Source: Octopus vulgaris (taxonomy: Eukaryota). Taken from it: DNA of 64,000 nt. This document shows positions 13,746-25,663 of the stretch, piece after piece. The position numbers were made by a program, and so were the translations under genes. Under the pieces are notes generated by a model. That model saw only the letters and a program-made list of their open reading frames with translations, did no database searches and had not been told where the DNA came from. Positions within the stretch are counted from its first letter, which is position 1. The number at the start of each line of letters is the position of its first letter. The stretch lies in assembly GCA_951406725.2 (NCBI GenBank), contig OX597824.1:95542001-95606000 (forward strand). The letters run 5' to 3'.

Positions 13746-14587
13746 GAATGAATAAACTCTTTACAAAATTTCTCGGTGTTGATGTATACATGTGAAAGTT
13801 CTCAAAAATACGAAAGAGCAAAGAGATTTAATGCTCCAATCACAATAGTGATTTCATAGGTGTTGAAACCAGAAGACAAAATGGCGGAAAAGACACTGCC
13901 AAGTATCTCTCCCGACCATCTAACAGGTCTGCCAGTCCGCCGTCCTGTAGTGGTATTCTTTCTTTATATCGATCCTGAAAAGATGAACAGCAAGTTTGAC
14001 CTCCGTGAGATTTGAACTCAGAGCACAGAGAGAAAGAAAAAGAGAGAGAGAATCAGAAGAAATTTCGCAAAGCATTCTATATAATCTTTTCTACTATAGG
14101 CACAATACCTGAAATTTTGGGGGAGAGGGCCTGTCAATTAGATCGACCCTGGTACACAACTAGTATTTAATTTATCAACCCCGAAAGGATGAAAGGCAAA
14201 GTAGACCTCGGCAGAATTTGAACTCAAAGTGTAGTGACAGGTGAAATACTGTTAAGCATTCCGTCCAGCATGCTAACGATTTTTGTCAGCTTGCCGCCTC
14301 GACAGTGTAAAATATTTGTGATACATACACATAAGACAGATGTTAGTGAGACACTCACATAAGAATAAGGCACTCACATAAGATACACATTAGTGAGAAA
14401 CGCACAAGACCAGTAACAGGGCCAATATATATATATATACACGACGGGCTTCTTTCAGTTCCCATCTACCAAATCCACTCACAAGGCTTTGGTCGGCCCG
14501 AGGCTATAATAGAAGACAGTTGCCCAAGGTGCCACACAGTGGGAATGAACCCGGAACCATGTGGTTGGTAAGCAAGCTACTTACCAC

Positions 14588-14635
<48 letters not shown>

Positions 14636-14641
<6 letters not shown>

Positions 14642-14955
14642 CTCCTCGACTTATGACCAATGCAATTTATGACCATCCACACTTACGACTACAATAAATA
14701 AGAAAATAAATAAATAAGTCTAAAATCACTTTTGGTATGTTGGGCAGCTGCATGTATGATAACTATGGCAGCATCCGGTAACGCAGACCTCCCTCAGACC
14801 CAGAGATCTACTGCCTACCATTATCATCTCTCACTCAGTCGCTTTTAAGCATCAGCTGCGTTTAAATGAGAATAGTGTTAAAAAATATAAATCCGAAATA
14901 CGACCAACTTGACTTACGACCTGTCAGTCAGAACGGAATCCAGCCGTAAGTCGAA
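14636..14955. mobile_element. Tigger/pogo-like MITE
   Basis: TCGACTTATGACC ... GCCGTAAGTCGA inverted ends with internal ACTTACGAC sub-repeats. Confidence 0.55.
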
Positions 14956-15119
14956 AACAAAAGTGCATTGTGCATCAGTATAGCATCTCCCATGTCACTT
15001 CCATTGAGATCCACCATAAACGCTCATTGCTCTCCTTTACTCATTACCCAACACTCATGCAAACTACTTCGTCCAGTCCCACTTCACCAGAGAAGCCAAT
15101 CTACTTACCTGCCAATATT

Positions 15120-15352
15120 TATTTCCTTACTACCCACAAGGGGCTAAACATGAAGGGGACAAACGAGGACAGACAAACGGATTAAGTCGATTAAATCGAC
15201 CCCAGTACTCAACTGGTACTTTATTTATCGACCCCGAAAGGATGAAAGGCAAAGTCGACCTCGGCGGAATTTGAACTCAGAACGTAACGGCAGACGAAAT
15301 ACGGCTACGCATTTCACCTGGTGTGCTAACGTTTCTGCCAGCTCGCCACCTT
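15120..15352 (-). mobile_element. tRNA-derived SINE family B
   Basis: Head GGTGGCGAGCTGGCAGAA...GAGTTCAAATTCC, core GCCTTTCATCCTTTCGGGGTCGATAAA. Copies 14085-14300(-), 18066-18207, 21455-22040(-), 32014-32332, 37636-37850, 60160-60556(-), 63570-63935. Confidence 0.85.
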
Positions 15353-15999
15353 ATTGTTTGTTGTTTACGCTGAAGATCAATCATATTGATCTCAACGATC
15401 TTGGAAACTCTTCAGAGGTGAAGACCATGCACCCTGCATCACCTTCACCCCACAAAATCATAAACAAAGACGATAATGAATCTATTTTGTAAATATTGTT
15501 GTTGTACCTTGACTAAAAATAACAAAGATAACGATAGAGAAAACACCTCACAGCCTGCATTGATACGTTGGGGTAAAAAAAAAAAAACATTTAAACATCG
15601 TTTAATAGAATATCAAACACGGTCCTTTCGCCACAAGGGGATGCACTGTCTCTCTCTGTGTCTGTCTGTCTGTCTCTCTCTCTCTCAGTTCTTCTTCTTC
15701 TTCTCCTCCTTCTTCTTCTTCTTCTTACTTCTCTCATTAATTTATAACCAAACGTACCTTCCACAGAAGACTAAACATCTCATTACGCTGTCTGTTTGTC
15801 AAGTTTTCAAGCAAAAAAAAAGCAAAGCCCAAAAAAGCCAAAAACAATCACAGGAGACGTTATTGTAATTGGAGGATATTTTTCCATTCCTATGAAGATA
15901 CATTTGTCAAACTAAAAACCATATCTGTTCAGGAACGTTTTAATAGGAACGAGCCATGTTTATAGCTTGTATGGCAAAATAAACATCTGAGGCGCTTTG

Positions 16000-16390
16000 C
16001 TCCACACAGAAATGCTACTCAGAGGTATTGCAAGCTCTTTCGAGTCCATTGCAGAGTCGCAAATCCTTCTGTATCATCAGCCAGTATCTCAGAGTCACAG
16101 GTGTTTCGCCCCTTAGCCTATACGCTTAGCATGAGTGGAGAAACGAGGACTAAACTAGTTTTCAACTGCAGAAGGGTTCTCCTTGTGGTCTCTTGGTCAC
16201 CACCGCCATCTTGAGCTGCTTTCAGTTGCCATGCCTGTCTCCTTCGTGGTCTTCCTTTTTTTTTCAGTTATTTGGCTTTCAAACCAATCTTCTTCTGGGA
16301 ACAGCACACCAATGTAGCTGGGAAGCCCCAGCAGCCAACTTCAATGGGAAATGGGGCCGCATGACACCTTTTGACTTCTACATTTAGAAT
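16000..16390 (-). mobile_element. RLE-type (HERO/NeSL-like) non-LTR retrotransposon C-terminal remnant
   Basis: FPIEVGCWGFPA matches the PIEVGCRGF motif of restriction-like-endonuclease retrotransposons. Confidence 0.6.
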
Positions 16391-16542
16391 ACAAGTTAAG
16401 AACAGTAATAAATACTCGAGATACAGAATATAGGAGAAGATAGCAAGGAGGGTTATCACCGCTTCTATGTTACAGAATCAGAAGAAATACTTGAGCGAAG
16501 AATTAATCAAAAGATTAACTAACGAAAACAAAACGATGTTTT

Positions 16543-16577
16543 GTATGTATGTATGTGTGTGTGTATGTATGTATATA

Positions 16578-16608
<31 letters not shown>

Positions 16609-16820
16609 GCGTATGGATGTATGTATGCATGTATGTATGTATGTATGTGTGTATGTATGTATGTATGTATGTATGTATGTATGTTATATATGTATGTATG
16701 TATGTATGTATGTACGTATGTATGTATGTATGCATGCATGTATGTGCGTATGTACGTATGTATGTATGTATGCATGCATGTGTGTATGTATGTACGTATG
16801 TATGTATATATGCATGTATG

Positions 16821-16854
<34 letters not shown>

Positions 16855-17016
16855 TGCATGCATGTATGTGTGTATGTATGTATGTATGTATGTATGTATG
16901 CATGCATGTGTGTATGTATGTACGTATGTATGTATATATGCATGTATGTATATATGTATGTATGTATGTATATATGTATGTATATATGTATGTATGTATG
17001 TATGTATGCATGTATG

Positions 17017-17048
<32 letters not shown>

Positions 17049-17270
17049 CATGTATGTATGTATGTATGTATGTATGTATGTATGTATGTATGTATGCATG
17101 TGTGTATGTACGTATATATGCATGCTTGCTTGCATGCATGAATGCATGTCTATGTATGTATCTATGCGTATATGCATTCTTACATGTATATATTTGCATA
17201 AATATTGGTGCACACACAAGTGTGTGTGTGCGCACACATATGTGTGCGAGTGTATGTGTGTATGTGTGTT
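16543..17270. repeat. Long (TATG)n compound microsatellite
   Basis: Direct reading. Confidence 0.95.
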
Positions 17271-18207
17271 TTGTAAAGCGGCCGATCAGCAATGTCATTA
17301 GAACTTCGGATTGATAGCTTTGCAAATGGAACTCAAATCTCACTCAGGCCATCTTTGCCTTTCATCCTTTCTCAGTCAATAAATAATAAAATACTAGCTT
17401 TGCACAGGGACCGATTCTTCTCTTTTTCTCACTCTTTCGTCGTGTTTTTCTCCTTGAAGAAATTGGCTGTTGTCGGAGCAGGAGTGTGATAGGCTCTGCC
17501 AGGTTCAAAAAGTGCTAAAAACCTACAGGGCGTCAATATGGTAGCCCTACGTTTTCGTCAAAGAGCTGAATGCTTGAGGCAATATATGGCACATTACTGT
17601 GTGTGTATATGTGTGTGTGTGAATGTATTTTTCTTGTAGTACATGTTTTATCTAATTGGATTTCTTTTACCAGCAACTCACCTAATAAATCATACGTTTA
17701 ATAAAACTTGACCTTATATTTAATATGTAAACCATGAAATCAGTCGTTGCCCTCTTGCTGCTGGTTAAAGGCCTTCCTCTTTGCTCTCCAGCTGGTGTGA
17801 GAGCTGTATCTAAAAGTATCAGCTGTCCAAACCAACATGTGAGCTTCTGTTTACTATACGTACTTCACTAATGTAATCACATGCATAAAGCGGTGAACTG
17901 GTAGAAACGTTAGCACTTCCTGGGGTTGACTCTGTCTTTCTTCTTTTCAGGGTTGATAAATTAAGTACCAGTTAAGCACAGGGGTCAATGTAATTGACTT
18001 AAATCCTACCTCCAAATTGCTGGCTTTGTGCCAAAATTAGAAACCAATATTAAGTGACATTTCTAAGGCGGCAATCTGGCAGAATCGTTAGCAAGACGGG
18101 CAAAATGCTTAGCTGTATTTTGTCTGCCGCTATGTTCTGAGTTCAACTTTGCCTTTCATCCTTTCAGGGTCGATTAAATAAGTACCAGTTACGCACTGGG
18201 GTCGATA

Positions 18208-18980
18208 TCATCATCATCATCATCATCATTTAGCATCCGCTTTCCATGCTAGCATGGGTTGGACGGGTCAACTGGGGTCTGTGAAGCTGGAAGGCTTCGT
18301 CAGGCCCAGTCAGATCTGGCAGTGTTTCTACGGCTGGATGCCCTTCCTAACGCCAACCACTCCGCGAGTGTAGTGGGTGTTTTTTACGTGCCACCGACAC
18401 GGTTGCCAGACAGAGCTGGCAAACGGCCACGAACGGACGGTGCTTTTACGTGTCACTGGCACGGGGGCCAGCCGAGGCTGGCAACGAACACGAACGGATG
18501 GTGCTTTTACGTGCCACCGACACGGGGCCAGACAGAGCTGGCAAACGGCCACGAACGGACGGTGCTTTTACGTGTCACCGGCGCGGGGCCAGGCGAGGCT
18601 GGCAACGAACACGAACGGATGGTGCTTTTACGTGCCACCGACACGGGGGCCAGGCAGAGCTGGCAAACGGCCACGAGCGAATGGTGCTTTTACGTATCAC
18701 CGGTACGGGTGCCAGACGAGGCTGACAGCGGACACGAACGGATGGGTCACTTAACCCCTGCTTTCTGATATATGATTTGATTTTGATTGTTCTCACTGGT
18801 CTTGCCGGGTCTTCTCACGCACAGCATACTTCCATAGGTCTCGGTCTCTGGTCATTTCCTTGGTGAGACCTAGAGTTCGAAGGTCGTGCTTCACCACCTC
18901 GACCCAGGTTTTCCTGGGTCTACCTCTTCCACAGGTCCCCTCAACTGCCAGGGTGTGGCACTTTTTCACACACCTATCAA
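18208..18980 (-). mobile_element. RTE LINE 3' fragment with expanded 3'-UTR minisatellite, inserted in a family B SINE
   Basis: RGRPRKTWVEVVKHDLR at 18940-18880; ~60-bp alternating units 18377-18750; (GAT)n tail; SINE halves at 18066-18207 and 18980-19060. Confidence 0.85.
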
Positions 18981-20039
18981 CTTAATCCGTTTGTCTGTCC
19001 TTGTTTGTCCTCTCTGTGTTTAGCCCCTTGTGGGTAGTAAAGAAATAGGTATTTCGCCCATCTATCGATTTCTCTTGCTGAACCACTAGGTTACGGGGGT
19101 CGTAAACACACCAACATTGGTTGACAAGCGATGGTGGTGGGACAAACACGGACACACAAATACACACACACACACACACATACATATATACGATGGGCTT
19201 CTTTTAGTTTCTGTCTACCAAATCCACTCACAAGGCTTTGGCTGGCCCAAGGCTATAGTAGAAGACACTTGCCCAAGGTGCCACACAGTGGGACTGAACC
19301 CGGAAAGCAAGCTTCTTATCACACAGCCATGCATGCGCCTACAAAGAATATTTTGTTTTTATCTTTATATTTGTTTCAATCATTGGACTGCGGCCATGCT
19401 GGGGCACAGCCTTCAGCGGTTTTAGTTGACTGAATCAACTCCAGTTCTTTTAATTTAATTTTAAAAGTCTGTTACTTATTCTCTCAGTTCCTTTTGCGAA
19501 CCGCTACATTACAGGGACATAAACAAACCAACATTGGTTGTGAAGCAAGGGTGGGGTTCACATGCACACACACACACGTGTGCACACATTTATATTTATA
19601 TAATGGCAGGCTTCCACACAATTTTCATCTACCAAATTCACAAAGCATTGGTCAGTCCAGGACCATAGTAGCAAACTTGCCCATAGTGCCATGCAGTGGT
19701 ATTGAACCTGGCACCATGCGGTAACAAAACGTGCTTCTTGACTACACACGCATAAAATTCCGCTTTTTATTATCTTTGCTAGATGAAGGGACAGCCTCCA
19801 AAACATCAAATTTCACTTCTCCCCACGATATACCGTCGCCTTATCAAAACGCTTGAAGTTCACTGTATAATTCTTACCGGCGCAGTGTACCACCAGTTTG
19901 CTTGGACCCTGTTGCCATCCATCCATCCATCCATCCATCCACCCATCCACCTTCTTTACCCACAATTCCTGGGTGGGTCGTGGGAGTGGAGTTCTTAGGC
20001 ACCTCTTCTATAGGGTTGTATCAGAAGTAATTGTCATTA

Positions 20040-20330
20040 CACTTTCTGGCTGGATTTCCAAACCATAACCAATTAAGACTGTGGATATCATCCAACCATC
20101 TCGCCCACTGCCTCCTCTTAGGTTTCCTGCCAGTCGGTTCGACTTAAAAAATCCCATCTTGCGATTATTTCTTGCAAACATTCTATTCCCATGTCTGTAG
20201 TACCGGAGCTGTGATCCCCCAGTTCGTAGAGGTAGCAGCTTGACCTGGATGGAGTCCTGATGTCCGAGCTATGCACCCTGTTGAGTAATGTTACTCCAGA
20301 AGTCCTTCGGAGGAACCCCATTTCAGCTAG
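20040..20330 (-). mobile_element. Old RTE-clade LINE remnant
   Basis: EMGFLRRTSGVTLLNRVHSSDIR, with frameshifts. Confidence 0.65.
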
Positions 20331-21454
20331 GGTTTTTGTTGTCTTCTATTTGTGTGTATATGTGTGTTGTCTGTTTATATTGAAAAAGAGTTTAAATGTA
20401 CCGGATTTGTTCTGTTTACAAACATAATTTAAAGTATGTTTGTACTCATTTATCTTTCATTTTTATTTTATTTTGTCAGTTATTATAAACAAACTTTAGT
20501 TTTATTTAAATTTGGGGGAGAAGGACAGTTTGTTTTTTTTGTCAGCTGTTTGGTTTCAAATGTTTCACAAGTGATACGACTGAAAGATCAGCAGCGTTGT
20601 CAATTCCTCGTCACTAGGTCAGTTTTGGGGATAAAATCTGGACGACAAACTTCGCTTGAAATGTTTTGTTTAAGATTTGTCCATTTCTTAAATCGTTTGT
20701 CCAAATCCAGTCACTGAAACGGTGTTGAATAAAGAAACTACTGCGATAAAAATCAAACGAAAAGATTATTTTTCTTCGCTTTGGTCGGATTATATCCCAC
20801 AAAATCTTATTATTTGATTTAGGCTAAACCGACACTTAACGTGGTGTATGTTAAGAAAAACAAAACAAAAAAAAGAAGCAACACTCGAGAAGAGAAAGAA
20901 AACAAAAGAAAAGAAAAAGAGAAAAAAAACAAAGAAAAAAGAGCAGGAAAAGAGAGAAGGCGAAGATAATGGAGACAGAAAGAGGAAGTTGGGACAACAG
21001 GTACAGAGAGGCGAATGTCATGGCAATCTTTCCTAACCAAATAAGTTAGCAATTGCTTGACGGCAAGCAGATGTGGTCGTCAAAATGTGGTCCACATCTT
21101 GATGGCAAACAGATGTGGAAGCTACGGTCCTGAATCAAGCAAAGACCGGGGCAGAGCATTTGGCATCTAGATTGTTGCCAAGTGTTCACAGTCCTTTGCT
21201 AGTTGGGCATCGTAATAGGTGGAAGTTCTATGAAGGATTAATACAAACAACAGCATTCTTGGGGAAACTCTGGGGCATAATGAAAATCAAACAGGTTGGT
21301 CTATTCCAGAGGACTTTTGGGCCAGAACCTACAGATAATTTCCTGAAATCCGTGGCCTGGAAGTGCTTTCAGAGAGTTGGGTGTTGCAAGTTGTTTGAGA
21401 TAAATTCTATAGGACAGAAATGCTGTCAGCCAGGTCTGATGAACTTTTTGGTCA

Positions 21455-22040
21455 CAAAGGGCTAAACATAGATGGGACAAACAAGGACAGACAAACAGAT
21501 TAAGTCGATTACATCGATGCCAGTGCATAACTGGTATTTAATTTATCGACCCCGAAAGGATGAAAGGCAAAGTCAACCTCGGTGGAATTTGAACTCAGAA
21601 TGTAAAGACAGAAAAGATACCTATTTCTTTATTACCCACAGGGGGCTAAACACAGAGGGGACAAACAAGGACAGACAAACAGATTAAGTCGATTACATCA
21701 ACGCCAGTGCATAACTGGTATTTAATTTATCGACCCCGAAAGGATGAAAGGCAAAGTCAACCTCGGTGGAATTTGAACTCAGAATGTAAAGACAGACAAA
21801 ATACCTATTTCTTTACTATCCACAAGAGGCTAAACATAGAGGGGACAAACAAGGACAGACAAATGGATTAAGTCGATTATATCGACCCCAGTGCGTAACT
21901 GGTACTTAATTTATCCACCCCGAAAGGATGAAAGGCAAAGTCGACCTCGGTGGAATTTGAACTCAGAACGTAGCGGCGGACGAAATACCACTAAGCATTT
22001 CACCCGGCGTGCTAAGGACTCTGCCAGCTCACCGCCTTGA
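21455..22040 (-). mobile_element. Tandem trimer of family B SINE (184-bp period)
   Basis: GCTAAACA at 21461, 21645, 21829; a single head at ~22040. Confidence 0.88.
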
Positions 22041-22785
22041 GGATTGTAAGAAACCCTGAGAATTTCAACAGAATATTCTTAAAGCTGATATTTTCCTGCA
22101 AATGAAACCTGCTGATGCTTCAGCGCACACATTGAATTATGGTACTGTTTATGCTAAAACAAAGGTAAATGACCTGAAGTCATTGTGTTTAATACGATAA
22201 TGTAGTATTAACATATTGATATATATTTTAATGCTTTATGAATGTAGTTGACACGTTTTGACATATTTTGACAAGGTCTATTTATCATCTGTAAAGTTCC
22301 TAGATTGTACCTAAGACAAACGGTCAGAGATTAAAAGTGAGTCACTCACTCTTTACGTTGTAGGCAAGACAAAAGATAATCGAATGGGGATTTTTTTTTT
22401 TTTTTGTGGGTTAAGTTGTGGAAGAAGAGCTTAAATAAGATATGGATGATGCTAGCAGACGTATATGTGTTTTAGGCAGGAAAAGGTGATTGGGGGGGAG
22501 ACCTCAAGACAACTGTGTTGTTGTTTAGTTCTCAAGTGAATTCAGGATCAAAAGCTTTCCGGGTATAACTATATCGGCCTTTTATCTACGTTGATCACAT
22601 ACACACATTAATATATATTTATTTTATTTTCTTTCTCTGCTTATTTTTGTGTTCCTTTCTGTTGAAGAGCGTTGGCTTGAAACGTAAAAGACTTTCTCAC
22701 TTCCTGAGCGTTAAACTAATACCTCTGTTTGTTGTTTACACACACATCTTCCTCTTTTGTTTTGATTTTTTTTGTAAATTCCAAC

Positions 22786-22853
<68 letters not shown>

Positions 22854-23858
22854 ATCCAAACACGAACAAAGAGAAAACACAACAACGCGAGGACGTGGAA
22901 CAAGTATAGTGTTATTGGACTAGGCGCGGGCATGGCTGTGTGGTTAGGGAGCTTGCTTCCTAGCTACATGGTTTCGGGTTCAGTCCCACTGCGTGGCACT
23001 TTGGGTTGGTGTCTTCCACTATAGCCCCGAGCCGACCGGAGCTTTGTGATTGAATTCGGTAGGTGGAAGTTACTGCCGTGTGTGTATGTGTGCGTATAGC
23101 TGCTCAGTGCCTCTCCGAAAGAGAGAGAGGACACTCATATAGGATGACTCATGCCACCATAGGGCTTTATTTAGTCCTGAGTGGCCTTCCCTCCTTTTAG
23201 TGTGAGACCATTCAGGATTTGATAATTGGAGGGAGTGCTGGCTACAAACTCCCCATTATTACTATCTTTCTTCTTCCTAGTTACTCTCTCCCATCCTTAT
23301 AGAATGTGTCTCCTCTATAGCAAGACATCTGCACTTGTCTTTCTACTGTATTTTAGGCTCCCAACACTTAGGCATAAAGCCACCTACCCTTCCTAAATAC
23401 TCCTCTACCCCACTCAATTGATTGGGGATTTCTATTGTTATTTTCCTGTCTTGCAAATCTTTTTGGTGACCTCACTAGTGCTGGTGGCATGAAAAAAGTA
23501 CCCAGTACACTTTGTAAAGTGGTTGGTGTCAGGAAGGGCACCCAGCTGTAGAAACCATTCCCAAAGCAGACACTGGAGCTTAATACAGCCCGCTGGTTCA
23601 TCGAACGCTGCCAAACTGTCCTATCTATGCCAGCATGGAAAATGTATGTTAAATGATGATAATGGCAATGATGATGATGATGATGAGGATGATAAGGTAA
23701 AGATGACCTAGGAGGGATTTTGACTCAGAGAATGTAGTGCCAAGAGAAAATATAGCCACACATTTCGTCCAACTCAGTTGTGATTATCCCAACCTGCCAC
23801 TGTAAGCCCAACATCTAACCAGCCACGAAAGAAAATGTTATTTCTATCAAATTCTTAC

Positions 23859-23919
23859 CTCTGCGAGTGGATACATCAAAGACGACTCCTTTTAAGGCCA
23901 AATAAATGGGTTTGGTGGG
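23859..23919 (-). CDS. NENF: Neudesin exon 2
   Basis: CAG acceptor 23920-23922, GTAAG donor 23858-23854; PTKPIYLALKGVVFDVSTRR + G (phase 1 joins AA of exon 3 = Glu); human QPIYLAVKGVVFDVTSGK. Confidence 0.94.
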
Positions 23920-24560
23920 CTGGAATAAGGTGGAAATTGTCAAATACAGTTTACTGACATAAATAATAACGATATTACTTGTATAAATGTAGATATGTGC
24001 TAAGAAGGTTGCTCCCCAACCACATGGTTCTAGGTTCAGTCCCACTGTGTGGCACCTTGGACAAGTGTCTTCTATTAAAGCCTTGGGTTGACCAAAGCCT
24101 TGTGAGTGGATTTCATAGATAGAAACGGAAAGAAGCCCATTGTATATATAATATATATATATATAAAATTATAAATTAGGGTATCTATGAGATACCACCA
24201 TGCTGAAAGTAGCAGCCATGATCTGACTCTAAAAACACGAAGAGAAAACGAAGAGACAAGATGAAACTAGCAAAGCATTACTAAATGCAAAGCCAGAAAT
24301 CCGGGATCTAGAATTATCCAGTAATTTTATATATATACATTCTCTTTTACTTGTTTCAGTCATTTGTCTGCGGTCATGCTGGAGCACCGCTTTTAGTCGA
24401 ACAAATCGACCCCAGGACTTATTCTTTGTAAGCCTAATACTTATTCTATCGGTCTCTTTTGCCGAACTGCTAAGTTACACAGACGTAAACGCCATCGGTT
24501 GTCAAGCGATGTTGGTGGAACACAGACACACAAACATATACACACACACACATACATACA

Positions 24561-24594
<34 letters not shown>

Positions 24595-25317
24595 CGGGCT
24601 TCTTTCAGTTTCCACTTACCAAATCTATTCACAAGGCTTTGCTGGGCCTGAGGCTATAGTAGAAGACACTTGCCCAAGGTGCTACGCAGTGGGACTGAAC
24701 CTGGAACCACGTGGTTGGCAAGCAAGCTACTTACCACACAGCCACTCCTGCACCTATATATTTTATTTAAATTTAGAAAAAACTGACGCGTGTATCTGGA
24801 ATATAACCTGTATGTATATGATACATATGCAATACAAAACCACATAAGAAATATATATCTGAAACCATGATGTCTGTGTCATAGAACTGGGGGTGGCTTA
24901 GGAGGTTGTTTGACATCAAAAGGGTTAAATGAAATCAGTTTATTATGGATCGTGTTTTTGTATAAAAGCCTGACACCCTGAATTGCTGTTTACTTCAAAA
25001 GATAGTTCGATAGCACTCCCTTATGTAGGAATTTATATTGTTTTATTAAATGTGTTTATCAAAGTTCAATATTCATCTTGTTCCTGGTTGTATGACATTG
25101 GTTCATGGCAGTGTTTCGACCAATTTTGCTGTCGGCTGTTTTGTTATTTCCCCCCTTTTTCTTTTTGATTCAGCTCTTATGTGTCTGGAATTAACTTGGC
25201 ACTTCTTTCTTGTGAAGCTATCATTTATTTGACATGTGATTTAGTCATGTCGGAGCAAATTCCTTTCTGTCACATATTTTAAACTGGGGGAACCGAGCTG
25301 GATTTCACGTATCAGAA

Positions 25318-25525
25318 CCAACACCACTGCCACCACCACGACCGCCGCCACCACCACCACCACCACCACAACCACTGCCACCACCACGACCGCCACCACC
25401 ACACCCACCACTGATACCACCACCACGACCACGCCCGCCGCCACCACCACCACTACCACCACGCCCGCCACTGCCACCACCACCACTACCACCACGCCCG
25501 CCACTGCCACCACCACCACTGCCTG
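25318..25525. repeat. Degenerate (CCA)n trinucleotide repeat
   Basis: Direct reading; source of the poly-Val/poly-Gly ORFs. Confidence 0.9.
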
Positions 25526-25663
25526 CAGTAGCATGTTGGAATACATTCTTCAATACACAAGAAATTCATTGAGTTACAAATGAACAATTTAATTTCTGGA
25601 ACAAATTCGATTCTTCAAACGCAAAAGAATTTTTTGCGAAGACATGCAGCCAAGTACCTAGAG

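Noticed and set aside
25241-25553. Poly-Val / Gly-rich ORFs
   Set aside because: Degenerate (CCA)n repeat with no splice support.
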